From NCBI GenBank assembly GCA_963716725.1, contig CAVQUB010000011.1, positions 352,001 through 416,000 on the forward strand: a DNA stretch of 64,000 bases. The letters are read 5' to 3'. The notes beneath the pieces are model-generated. The model worked only from the letters and a program-made list of their open reading frames with translations, was not told where the DNA came from and did not search any database. Position numbers and translations under genes: made by a program. Positions 19,717 to 28,525 of the stretch are shown piece by piece. Positions within the stretch are counted from its first letter, which is position 1, and each line of letters opens with the position of its first letter. The DNA comes from an uncultured delta proteobacterium (GTDB lineage Bacteria > Myxococcota_A > Polyangia > Polyangiales > Polyangiaceae).

Positions 19717-20789
19717 GTCGCCGAGAGGGTCACCGGCATGACCCAGCGCGAGTAGGACTCGGGCTTTTCCTCGCCGGAACCCTCGTAGCCGTACCACTTG
19801 GGCTTCACGGAATAGAATGGTGCGTCGGCGCGCAGCCCGACGATCATGCGGGACGAGTGCAGGCGCATGAGCTCGACGCCGACCTCCCCGAAGACGCCGA
19901 GCCCCGACCCCGACATCGATGCCCCACTCGAGTCGTCGTCTGTCTCGATCTCGATGTAGCCGATCCCGAGCCCACCGCCCACGAAGAGCGAGGTGTCGGT
20001 GGGCGAGAGGAAGTACCGCCCACCGACGTTGGCGCTGGCGGTCCGCACGGACTTCTCGCCGGCTTCGAAGCTGCTGCGCAGCGAGAACCCGAAGCCGTAG
20101 CTCGGAGTCTCGTAGTAGCCCATGAACTCGACTCCGGGGCTCATCCAGCGCTTCTCGGTGGGGGCGCTGGCACCCAGGATGCCGAGGCCCCACAAGAACT
20201 CGCCCTGCTTCTTCTCATATTTGCGCGTCTCCTCCCCGATCAGGTTGTCGACCTGCTGCGTGCTCTCCAGCGATTGATCGAGGACGATGGCGCGGGCGAT
20301 GCGCGGCGCGATGACGGTCACCTGCTCGACGCCGTTCACGGTGATGCGGCGTGATCGCTTCACGGTGCCCAAGGGCGCTTCGAAGGTGATCCGTACGACG
20401 AGCTGCGAACCGAGCCGGTCGAAGTGCACGCGGTACGCATTTGCGCTGGGCGTACCGGCGCTGACCAGCGCGACGCCCTGAGCTCGGATCTCGTCGCACA
20501 CGATCTGACCAGCCGTTGCCGCGGAAGCCGCGTCGAGCCCGTTGTTGAAGGTGAGGCAGGTCGTGCCGCTGACCCCGGCGGGTGGAGTGGGTGGAGTCGA
20601 TGGAACCGCCGCGGCTGCGGGCTCGGCAGACGGCGCGGGCTCGGCAGACGGCGCGGGCTCGGCAGACGGCGCGGGCTCGGCAGACGGAGTCGAGTCGGCG
20701 TCGTCGGCGAGCGCGCCGGCGGAGAGCGCGGTGGCGGCAAGGAAGAGCGTCGCAAGAATCGAAATGCGATGGGCGTCGGAGGGCTTCAT
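19704..20789 (-). CDS. Outer-membrane beta-barrel protein with N-terminal PSAEPA repeats
   Basis: Signal peptide, (PSAEPA)4, beta-strand C-terminus ending in aromatic W. Confidence 0.65.
   Translation of the reverse strand: MKPSDAHRISILATLFLAATALSAGALADDADSTPSAEPAPSAEPAPSAEPAPSAEPAAAAVPSTPPTPPAGVSGTTCLTFNNGLDAASAATAGQIVCDEIRAQGVALVSAGTPSANAYRVHFDRLGSQLVVRITFEAPLGTVKRSRRITVNGVEQVTVIAPRIARAIVLDQSLESTQQVDNLIGEETRKYEKKQGEFLWGLGILGASAPTEKRWMSPGVEFMGYYETPSYGFGFSLRSSFEAGEKSVRTASANVGGRYFLSPTDTSLFVGGGLGIGYIEIETDDDSSGASMSGSGLGVFGEVGVELMRLHSSRMIVGLRADAPFYSVKPKWYGYEGSGEEKPESYSRWVMPVTLSATYAW
20617..20686. repeat. 18-bp coding tandem repeat (GCGGGCTCGGCAGACGGC, ~4 copies)
   Basis: Directly visible. Confidence 0.9.
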
Positions 20790-21042
20790 GAGCACCCCAA
20801 GAGCACCCGGCGTGCCGCAGTTCCTGCGAAGGGCGCGACACGCAGCCAGCCCAGCAGTTCCTCAGAGGTTCAACCTCTTTCTGGCGGATGGCTCCGTAAA
20901 TGCCGCACGCAGCTGTGAATATGGCGCCACATTCCCTGTAGTGGTTCAACCACTCAAGTGTGCTCTGCGACCACGTCGGGGCCCCCTCGAGCCCGCGCCA
21001 CCTCCGTCGGGGAGCGGGCACCCCCGTCGGACCTCTCTGACC

Positions 21043-21402
21043 TCAGAGGCTGCGGATCTTCGAGATCGCGGCCGCGACGGCTTGATGGGTGGCGCCCGCG
21101 CTCCCGTCCTCGAGCGCCGCCGAAAGCAGGCGCGTCAGCTGCTGGGTCGTTCCATCGTGCTCGTACTTCACGGTGACCTCGTAGTCCCCGTACGCAGTGA
21201 TGGGCTCTTCGAAGTCCGGGATGCGCGCCGGAACGGTGCGGACCGACCGATGGTAGGTCGGGTGCAAGAGGTAGGTCACCCGCTGAACGCCCTTGGGGAT
21301 TTCGGTCAGCTTCAACGCGATCGAGAAGTGCTCGACGCTGCCGTCCGAAATGCTCAGCGGCTTCCCCTGCTCATCTGCGTTGAATTCGGCGACGAATTTC
21401 AT
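21043..21402 (-). CDS. Standalone prokaryotic YEATS (pYEATS) domain protein
   Basis: VQRVTYLLHPTY..R....F...ITAYGDYEV matches the YEATS signature V.y.LHptF...F......wG.F. Confidence 0.75.
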   Translation of the reverse strand: MKFVAEFNADEQGKPLSISDGSVEHFSIALKLTEIPKGVQRVTYLLHPTYHRSVRTVPARIPDFEEPITAYGDYEVTVKYEHDGTTQQLTRLLSAALEDGSAGATHQAVAAAISKIRSL

Positions 21403-21968
21403 CCCGGTCCCCCGCTGTCGCTGCGTCCAATCTCATCCCGCCACAAGTCTTTGAAGCGAGCCACGAGCGCCTTGGCTTGCGCCTTGGCCTCCAAGTGAAT
21501 GTCAGGGCCGTTCGGGTTCACGAAGAAACCGCCTCGATGCAACCGCAGCGCTTCTTCGATACGCGGCCCCAGAGCAACCAGCGCTCTGGGCGGGTATTCG
21601 TCCTGGCGCAAGATCCCGTGCAACTCGTCTTCGAACGAGCGAAAGGCAACCGAGCACGACTCGCCAAGCGTCATGCGTTCCGCAACCTTGTACTTCTTCA
21701 TGCACACGACGAAGAGCGTCCACGCCAGAGCCAACGCAATGGTCGTGACGTCGGTCGTGGTCCACACGGCCTCCTTGCCGGATATCTGGAGAAAGAGGCT
21801 GTTCGTCGTGATGCCCCAAGCCACGGCCACCGACGCCAACTCGGCCACGAAGAAATGCGTCGTGGCCGCCACTCGCCAGATCTTGGGCGCGGGCTTCTTC
21901 GACGCGAGAATGCTCGGCAGCAGCCTCAGCAGCTGCCTATGAACTTCCTTTTCGACGAGCGTACTCAT
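21399..21968 (-). CDS. Two-TM membrane protein (SLATT-like topology), coupled to pYEATS
   Basis: Two hydrophobic segments (FFVAELASVAVAWGI; TTIALALAWTLFVVC) followed by a helical C-terminus; ATGA overlap with the pYEATS gene. Confidence 0.6.
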   Translation of the reverse strand: MSTLVEKEVHRQLLRLLPSILASKKPAPKIWRVAATTHFFVAELASVAVAWGITTNSLFLQISGKEAVWTTTDVTTIALALAWTLFVVCMKKYKVAERMTLGESCSVAFRSFEDELHGILRQDEYPPRALVALGPRIEEALRLHRGGFFVNPNGPDIHLEAKAQAKALVARFKDLWRDEIGRSDSGGPG

Positions 21969-22128
21969 GGCCAGCCCCCGGGTTGTGCTTGGCGGCGCGA
22001 GACTACGGATCCTCGCGCCCCCATTCAAGCACCCCAGTCGCGCCCCCCGCTCGGTGATCGGAAGCACCCGCAGGCGGCGAGGCCGTCCGCGCGCCGCATC
22101 ACACCAAGAACACCAAGAACCAATCCAG

Positions 22129-22200
22129 AGCCAGCTTCGAGACTTGAACTCGAGACCTGCGGTTTACGAAACCGCTGCTCTACCACTGAGCTAAGCTGGC
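22129..22200 (-). tRNA. tRNA-Thr(CGT), CCA not encoded
   Basis: GCCAGCTTAGCTCAGTGGTAGAGCA-GCGGT TTCGTAA ACCGC-AGGTCTCGAGTTCAAGTCTCGAAGCTGGCT cloverleaf. Confidence 0.96.
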
Positions 22201-22257
22201 GACCCTTTCGGGGCGCGGGACAAAACACCACGCTTCCGGTCGAGTCAAGAGCACCCC

Positions 22258-23427
22258 ATGACGCCGCCCCTCGGGTTTCGTTTCGCCGCCGTTTCCGCCG
22301 GGATCCGCAAGGACGGCCGCATCGACCTCGCGCTGGCGACGAGCGATGGTCCCGCGGTCGCGGCGGGTGTCTTCACACGAAACCTGGTCAAGGCCGCACC
22401 GGTCGAGATCGCCGCGCAGCGAGTCGCGACGGGCACGGCGCGCGCGATCCTGGTCAACGCCGGCTGCGCCAACGCTTGCACCGGGCAAGCAGGCGACGCA
22501 GCGACCGTCGCTTCGACGGCGGCCGTCGCGGACGCGCTGGGCGTCCCCATGGATACAGTGTTGCCAGCGTCCACCGGCGTGATCGGCGCGCTCTTGCCCG
22601 CGGACAAGATCGTGCGGCAGTCCCGAGCGCTCGTCGACGGCCTCGCAGTGGATGGCTGGGATGCGTTCTCCCGAGCCATCCTCACCACGGATCGCTGGCC
22701 GAAAGTAGCGAGCGCCGCGCTGACGGGCGGGGCGTCGGTGCTCGGCATTGCCAAGGGCGCGGGCATGATCCACCCGGATCTCGGCCCGCCGCAGGCGACC
22801 ATGCTCGCATTTCTGTTCACCGACGCCGTCGTCGATCGCGCGGCGCTCGAGCGAGCGCTCGGCGCGGCCGTGGACGAAAGCTTCAACTCGGCGACCGTCG
22901 ACGGGGACACCAGCACCAACGACACCGTGATCGCGCTGGCCTCCGGCAAGAGCGGTCAGCGCGTGACCGAGTCCGACCTGACCGGTGCGCTAACCGAGGT
23001 CTGCGTCGCGTTGGCGCGTTCCATGGTCTCCGACGGCGAAGGCGCCAACCACATCGCGGAGATCGTGGTCACCGGCTTGCCGGACCACGCGGGCGCGCGG
23101 ACCGTGGCGCGGACCGTCGCGACCTCGCTCCTGGTCAAGACCGCGCTCTTCGGTCGGGACGCCAACTGGGGTCGGATCTTGGCGGCGGCCGGGCGCGCCG
23201 GCGTTCCCTTCGATCCAAGGCGCGCGGCGATCCGGGTGAACGACGTCGAGATCGTTCGTGGCGGAATCACGTTGGGCCCGGAGGCCGAAGCCCGCGCAGC
23301 AAGGATTTTCGCGGAGCCGAGCTACACCGTCTTCCTGGACCTCGGCGACGGCGTCGGGCGCGCGCGCTACTTCACCTCGGATCTCGGTCACGGCTACGTC
23401 GACGTGAACGCCGGCTACCGCTCGTGA
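22258..23427 (+). CDS. argJ: Ornithine acetyltransferase ArgJ
   Basis: NAGCANACTG, STGVIG, AKGAGMIHP, ATML cleavage site, DTSTND, DANWGR. Confidence 0.96.
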   Translation: MTPPLGFRFAAVSAGIRKDGRIDLALATSDGPAVAAGVFTRNLVKAAPVEIAAQRVATGTARAILVNAGCANACTGQAGDAATVASTAAVADALGVPMDTVLPASTGVIGALLPADKIVRQSRALVDGLAVDGWDAFSRAILTTDRWPKVASAALTGGASVLGIAKGAGMIHPDLGPPQATMLAFLFTDAVVDRAALERALGAAVDESFNSATVDGDTSTNDTVIALASGKSGQRVTESDLTGALTEVCVALARSMVSDGEGANHIAEIVVTGLPDHAGARTVARTVATSLLVKTALFGRDANWGRILAAAGRAGVPFDPRRAAIRVNDVEIVRGGITLGPEAEARAARIFAEPSYTVFLDLGDGVGRARYFTSDLGHGYVDVNAGYRS

Positions 23428-23858
23428 CTCGCATCCCCGCCTTCCTCCGCGCATCTGCATCTGCATCTGCATCTGCATCTGCATCTGCACTCACATTCAC
23501 ATTTGCATTCGCATTCGCACTCGCCTTGCTGGGCGCATTCGCGCTCACCGCCGTCGGCTGCGCCGCGACCCAAGGCACGGTCGGCGCAGTGCTCGCGCAG
23601 CAGACCGACGGGCGCCTGATCGTGCACGAAGTGCCCCAGGGGCTGGCCGCTGCCAAGGCAGGCCTGCAGCCGGGCGACGAGATCTTGCTTGTCGACGGCA
23701 TCGACGTCCGGCGCCTCGACGACAAGTCGCTGCACCGCACTCTCGCCGGCGAGGTCGGCTCGCCCGTGAAGCTGACGGTGGTACGTGGCGAAGAGGTGCT
23801 TCACGTCACGCTGAAGCGCACCCCCGCAAAGAAGCGCCCCCGCCCCACGTCGCCCTGA
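23424..23858 (+). CDS. PDZ-domain lipoprotein
   Basis: AVGC lipobox; AAKAGLQPGDEILLVDG...GEVGSPVKLTVVRG. Confidence 0.8.
   Translation: MTRIPAFLRASASASASASASALTFTFAFAFALALLGAFALTAVGCAATQGTVGAVLAQQTDGRLIVHEVPQGLAAAKAGLQPGDEILLVDGIDVRRLDDKSLHRTLAGEVGSPVKLTVVRGEEVLHVTLKRTPAKKRPRPTSP
23451..23520. repeat. Hexamer microsatellite (GCATCT)6 with degenerate continuation
   Basis: Directly visible; encodes ASASAS in the signal region. Confidence 0.9.
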
Positions 23859-23875
23859 CGCCCACACCCAACCTC

Positions 23876-24040
23876 GACCCAAAGGCGCAGAGCGCGCAGA
23901 GCACGCGGAGCACGCAGAGGTTTTCTTGCTCGGAAGTCAGAGGCAGAACACCCACCCGCACCCGACCCCGACCCCGACCCCAAAGGCGCGGAGAACGCAG
24001 AGAACGCAGAGAACGCGGGGATTTTCTTGCTCGGATTCAG
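23876..24040. repeat. Two copies of a ~65-bp element GACCCAAAGGCGCRGAG-(NNCGCRGAG)3-TTTTCTT...TCAG separated by (ACCCCG)n
   Basis: Copies at 23876-23940 and 23976-24040; third copy at 54298-54361. Confidence 0.85.
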
Positions 24041-24051
24041 CCCTCCAACCC

Positions 24052-24408
24052 CTACCGAATGAGCCCCGTGAGCAGCGCGACGACGCGATTCCCAATCGCG
24101 ACGCACCTCGCGGCATCCTCCGCCGAGGCATCGCCGGTCAGCGCCGCGATCTCGACGGCAGCGACGGCCTCCACCGCCTCGCCCCGCGCGATGGCAAACG
24201 CCCGCGCCTTGTCTCGACGGGTGACCCGACCTGCGCCCTCAGCGCAGTTGAGGCAAGTGCTCTTCGCAGCGCGGGTCGCCTCGTCGCGCAGCTTCGCGTC
24301 GCGCACGTCGGCCGTTCGCACGGCGAGCAGAATCTCGACCGCGACCTGGTAGGCGACGAGTTTGTGATGGGGCAGTAGGAAGCGGGGCGGAGTGTTGCGG
24401 TCGGTCAT
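24052..24408 (-). CDS. Four-helix-bundle protein (23S rRNA IVS / Avd-like family)
   Basis: [55 protein letters not shown]. Confidence 0.88.
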   Translation of the reverse strand: MTDRNTPPRFLLPHHKLVAYQVAVEILLAVRTADVRDAKLRDEATRAAKSTCLNCAEGAGRVTRRDKARAFAIARGEAVEAVAAVEIAALTGDASAEDAARCVAIGNRVVALLTGLIR

Positions 24409-24507
24409 GCCCCCCTCCGCGCAGGAAGCGTGACGCCGCGCTCCGCGGCGGCGCGTTTCGTGCGCGTTCTCCGCAGGACCGGCCGCAACGCGCAGCCCCC
24501 CGCACGC

Positions 24508-24715
24508 CACTCACACTCGCACTCGCACTCGCACTCGCACTCGCACTCGCACCCGACCCCGCACCCGCACCCGACCCCGACCCCGACCCCGCACCCGACC
24601 CCAACCCCGACCCCGACCCCGACCCCGACCCCGCACCCGCACCCGACCCCGACCCCGACCTCGACCCCGACCCCGACCCCGCACCCGCACCCGACCCCGA
24701 CCCCGCACCCGACCC
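24508..24715. repeat. Hexamer tandem array (CACTCG)n then (ACCCCG/CACCCG)n, ~34 units
   Basis: Directly visible, intergenic, upstream of the four-helix-bundle gene. Confidence 0.95.
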
Positions 24716-25729
24716 TCAAGGCAGCGCGCTCAAGAACCGATCGATCCGCTTGGTGATCTCGCCCAGGTGCAACGGAAAGGTCATGTGCCCCCCTTCGATC
24801 CACAGCACGTGCGGCTCGCCCCACGCTCGCCACTGCGCTTCGGCCAGCTTCGCGTCGATGTAAACGTCCTCGCGAGCCTGAATCCACAGCTGGCGCTCCG
24901 GTGCGAGCACCGGCTGATAGCTCGACATCCCGAGGCGGCGGAAGAGATCCTTGCGCTGCTGGGCGTCCACACCCCAATTCTCCAGATCTTGCCTCATGCG
25001 CCACAGAATGGGCGCCTGCTCCACGGCGGACTCGAGCTCGAGGTGCGAGATGATGGGGACGATGAAATCCGGTAGCGGAGACAGACACGCGAGCAGCATG
25101 GTGATAGCGCCACCCAAGCTGATGCCCGTCACGCCAATCCGCGAGTAGCCCTGTCCTCTGAGCCACGCCATGACGGAGCGCGTGTCGCAGACGGCTTGCC
25201 GGACACCTTCCATCGAGCGCACGAGATCGGCGGTCCAGAAAAACTCTCCGCTGAAGAGGGCATCCCGCGGCTTGCGCGAACCGTGGAAGGGCAGCGCCAC
25301 GTGCACGATGTCGGTGTCGAGATCCCTGGCCCACTTGCGAAACAGCGTGGTCTCTTCGGCCCACGACCCGGGTTCGAGCCAGCCGTGAACGTAGAGGAGG
25401 CAAGTCTTGCGCGGCGCACCAGCCGGGCGGATCCAGCGCGCGTGGGCCGCAAGGTTGACGGCGTACTCGTTCAGATGACGCTCACGATAGCGAGGGCAAA
25501 TGACTTCGTGGGTGCTCGTCCACGAAAGCGACGACGTGCGCATCGCGCGATCGACAATCGAGCGCCGCATGCTCAAGTCTCGAATCGGCCCAGGTTCGGG
25601 GAACAGCTGGGAGGGCGGCAAGTCGAGGTAGGGCTGTAGGTAGCCGATGGTGTTCAGTTTGGCTCCACGAACGTGGAGCAGGCGGGAGAGGGCACCCGCC
25701 ACGCGGTCAGCGTTCTTTCCGTAACCCAT
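24716..25729 (-). CDS. Alpha/beta hydrolase (ABHD18/DUF2048-like)
   Basis: HGW, LPFHGSR, GISLGG nucleophile elbow, GGH. Confidence 0.8.
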   Translation of the reverse strand: MGYGKNADRVAGALSRLLHVRGAKLNTIGYLQPYLDLPPSQLFPEPGPIRDLSMRRSIVDRAMRTSSLSWTSTHEVICPRYRERHLNEYAVNLAAHARWIRPAGAPRKTCLLYVHGWLEPGSWAEETTLFRKWARDLDTDIVHVALPFHGSRKPRDALFSGEFFWTADLVRSMEGVRQAVCDTRSVMAWLRGQGYSRIGVTGISLGGAITMLLACLSPLPDFIVPIISHLELESAVEQAPILWRMRQDLENWGVDAQQRKDLFRRLGMSSYQPVLAPERQLWIQAREDVYIDAKLAEAQWRAWGEPHVLWIEGGHMTFPLHLGEITKRIDRFLSALP

Positions 25730-25782
25730 CGGGTCCGGGAGTATATCGGCGGCCGGACCAGGAGTGCTAGCGTGCGTGCACC

Positions 25783-28383
25783 GTGAGCGCGGAGTCAGCC
25801 GAGATCTACGAGCTGTTTCTGGCACTCTCGCCAGCCCGCATCGGCGCGGCTCGCGCCGCCCTCGACCTGGGCGACCCCAAGCAACGAGCCCTCGAGCTCG
25901 GCGCAGCGCTGATTCCTTTCGCCGTCGATGCGGCGCTGCTCGGGGTGGACGGCCTGAGCGCGTTGGCCCGCGCCGCAGCGCAGGCCGGGGCGGCGCCCCG
26001 CGCCACTGTCTCGCGCACCCTCGACACCCTCGAATCGAGCATCGACGCCCTGGGGCACGGCGACGAGTCGGGCGCCCGAGTCGACGAGGCGGCACTGCTC
26101 GAGCAGGCGGTCGAGCTGCGCGCCGCCGCGGGGGAGTCGGATCCTCGCGAGCCCGAGCGGGGCCCCGCGCCACCAGAAGCGCCCTCCAGCGACGACGACG
26201 TGCACTGGGTTCCGGCGTTGGCGGAGGACATGATCGCTGCGTTCCTCGACGAGTGCGGGGAGCGTCTCGACGGTCTCGCCGAGCGCTTGCTCGTGCTCGA
26301 GGAGCGGAGCGACGACAAGGAGCTCGTCAGCGAGGTGTTCCGAGACCTGCACACCCTCAAAGGTGGTAGCGCCTTCGCTGGGCTCAAGAAGCTCAACCGC
26401 GTCGCCCACCTGGCTGAGGATCTGATCGGAGAGCTGCGGGACGGTAAGCGGACTTGCGATCGCGCGCTCGTCGATCTCTTGCTGGAGACCCTCGACGTGC
26501 TGCGCGCCATCGTCGACCGCGCCCGGGCGCAGGCGCCCATCGACGTCGACGTGAGCGATCTCATGCGGCGCCTGAAGGACCCGCACGCCACGAAGACGAC
26601 GCCCGCTGCCGCCTCCACCGCGGACAAGCCGCGCGAAACGCCCGCCGCCGCGCCCGCCGCGGCGGCGGCGAGCACCCTGCGCATCGAGTTCGAGAAGGTC
26701 GACCAGCTGCTCAATCTGGTGGGAGAAGTGGTCTTGGCCCGCGGCCGGCTCACGACGGCCGCGGAGGTGCAGGGGGCGTTGTTGCGGGAAATGGTCCAGC
26801 TGCGCAAGAAGCTGGCCGCCCTCGCCTCGCCGGACGACGCGCAGCCGGGAACCGCCGGCGCCCTGGACGATCTGCAACGCACCGAGCGCGTGCTACGCGA
26901 AACCTGGGGCGACCTCGACTCGGGTCTCGGCGGGCTCGGCCTCGCCGTCGGGCAGCTCCGCGACAACGTGATGAAGCTCCGCATGGTGCCCATCGCGCGA
27001 CTCTTCACCAAGTACCAACGCACCGTGCGCGAGCTGGGCGCCAAGCTGGGCAAAGAGGTGCGCGTCGAGCTCGAAGGTGCGGAGACCGAGCTCGACAAGG
27101 TGTTGGTCGAACGGCTGGAAGATCCGCTGCTCCACTTGGTGCGAAACGCAGTGGACCACGGCGTCGAAGGCCCGGACCTGCGCCAGAGCCGCGGCAAGCC
27201 GCGGGCGGGGTTGGTCCAACTGGCCGCACATCAACGGGGCGGACAGATCGTCGTGACCATCAGCGACGACGGCGGCGGCATGGACCCCGCCGTGCTGCGC
27301 CAGAAGGCCATCGAGAAGGGCGTGCTCAGCGTGGAAGAGGCAGCAGCGCTCGACGACCGCGCGAGCTTCGACCTGATCTTTCGCGCCGGCTTCTCGACGG
27401 CTGCGGAGGTCTCCGATGTCTCGGGGCGCGGAGTCGGCATGGACGTAGTGCGGGACGCCATCGCCAAGCTCAAAGGCAGCATCGTGATCTCGTCGGAGCT
27501 CGGTCGGGGCACGCGCATGGAGCTGCGGCTGCCCCTCACCCTGGCCATCACCCAGGTGCTGGCAGCTCGGGCCGGCGGCGAGCTGGTGGCCATTCCCCTC
27601 GACGCCGTCGTCAGCGGCGAGACGCTCCGGCCGAACGATCTCGAGAGCGTCGCCGACGGCTTCTGCTTGCGCGTGAACGATCGCCTCGTCCCGGTCGTCG
27701 ATCTCGCCGACGTGCTCGGGCTACCGAAGGATGCGTCTCTAGCGGACGCCGGCGAAGCCGCTGTCGTGATCGTGGACGTCGGCTCCGATCGCTTGGGCCT
27801 GTGCGTGCAACAGCTCCTCGGCCGTCACGAAGTCGTGATCAAGTCGCTCGGGCCGCTGCTGGCCGGGGCGAGTTGCGCCGCCGGAGCAACCCTGATTGGT
27901 GATCGCGTGCTGCTGGTCGTGGATCTGCTCGAGGTGGCGCGGCGCGCCCGCGACCCAGCCGGCATCTCGGCGGCGAGGCAGCGGCCGGCAGTTCGGGCCA
28001 AGGCCCGTGCCCGCATTTTGGTGGCCGAGGACAGCGACGTCATCCGGGAGGCCATCCGGCGCGAGCTGACCCGTGCGGGGTTCGAAGTGGTGGCCGCCGA
28101 GGACGGCGCCGTGGCTCTGGAGCGAGCGCGAGCCGAGCTCTTCGACGCGGTGAGCACCGACGTGATGATGCCCAAGCTCGACGGCTACGAGCTCACGCGC
28201 GCCCTGCGCCAAGACCCGCGCTACGAAAACGTGCCGATCGTGATGGTGACCAGCAAGGACGCCCGCATCGACACGCTCCGCGGCATGGATGCAGGCGCCG
28301 ACCTGTATCTGACCAAGCCGGCCGACGCGACCGAGCTGGTGCGCGCGCTCGATTCGCTGCTCGCGAAGCGCAAGAACGGCTAA
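25783..28383 (+). CDS. cheA: CheA-like hybrid chemosensory kinase (Hpt-dimer-HATPase-CheW-REC)
   Basis: FRDLHTLKGG, LLHLVRNAVDHG, DDGGG, GFST, SGRGVGMDVV, CheW domain, C-terminal REC (DVMMP). Confidence 0.92.
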   Translation: MSAESAEIYELFLALSPARIGAARAALDLGDPKQRALELGAALIPFAVDAALLGVDGLSALARAAAQAGAAPRATVSRTLDTLESSIDALGHGDESGARVDEAALLEQAVELRAAAGESDPREPERGPAPPEAPSSDDDVHWVPALAEDMIAAFLDECGERLDGLAERLLVLEERSDDKELVSEVFRDLHTLKGGSAFAGLKKLNRVAHLAEDLIGELRDGKRTCDRALVDLLLETLDVLRAIVDRARAQAPIDVDVSDLMRRLKDPHATKTTPAAASTADKPRETPAAAPAAAAASTLRIEFEKVDQLLNLVGEVVLARGRLTTAAEVQGALLREMVQLRKKLAALASPDDAQPGTAGALDDLQRTERVLRETWGDLDSGLGGLGLAVGQLRDNVMKLRMVPIARLFTKYQRTVRELGAKLGKEVRVELEGAETELDKVLVERLEDPLLHLVRNAVDHGVEGPDLRQSRGKPRAGLVQLAAHQRGGQIVVTISDDGGGMDPAVLRQKAIEKGVLSVEEAAALDDRASFDLIFRAGFSTAAEVSDVSGRGVGMDVVRDAIAKLKGSIVISSELGRGTRMELRLPLTLAITQVLAARAGGELVAIPLDAVVSGETLRPNDLESVADGFCLRVNDRLVPVVDLADVLGLPKDASLADAGEAAVVIVDVGSDRLGLCVQQLLGRHEVVIKSLGPLLAGASCAAGATLIGDRVLLVVDLLEVARRARDPAGISAARQRPAVRAKARARILVAEDSDVIREAIRRELTRAGFEVVAAEDGAVALERARAELFDAVSTDVMMPKLDGYELTRALRQDPRYENVPIVMVTSKDARIDTLRGMDAGADLYLTKPADATELVRALDSLLAKRKNG

Positions 28384-28525
28384 CCCGCCGGTTTTTCGGA
28401 GATCGCGGTTTTGCCGCGCACACCCCCACATCCGGTGCTAGGGTGCCCCGCCTTTCGCGGCCCTTCGGGCACTTCCGACCGCCGCCAAATGCGAATACGC
28501 GCTAACGCATCACACGAGAGCCACC

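Noticed and set aside
20800..21040. attR duplication of the tRNA-Thr 3' end
   Set aside because: No convincing direct repeat and no integrase, so the islet boundaries are undefined.
24052..24408. Diversity-generating retroelement (Avd-like gene)
   Set aside because: No reverse transcriptase and no TR/VR pair with adenine-specific mismatches was seen.
23876..24715. CRISPR array
   Set aside because: Units are 6-9-bp tandem repeats with no unique ~30-bp spacers, and no cas genes are in the window.
28384..28525. SAM riboswitch upstream of metK
   Set aside because: No SAM-I/II core motifs recognised; only a possible extended -10 box (TGCTAGGGT, 28436-28444).
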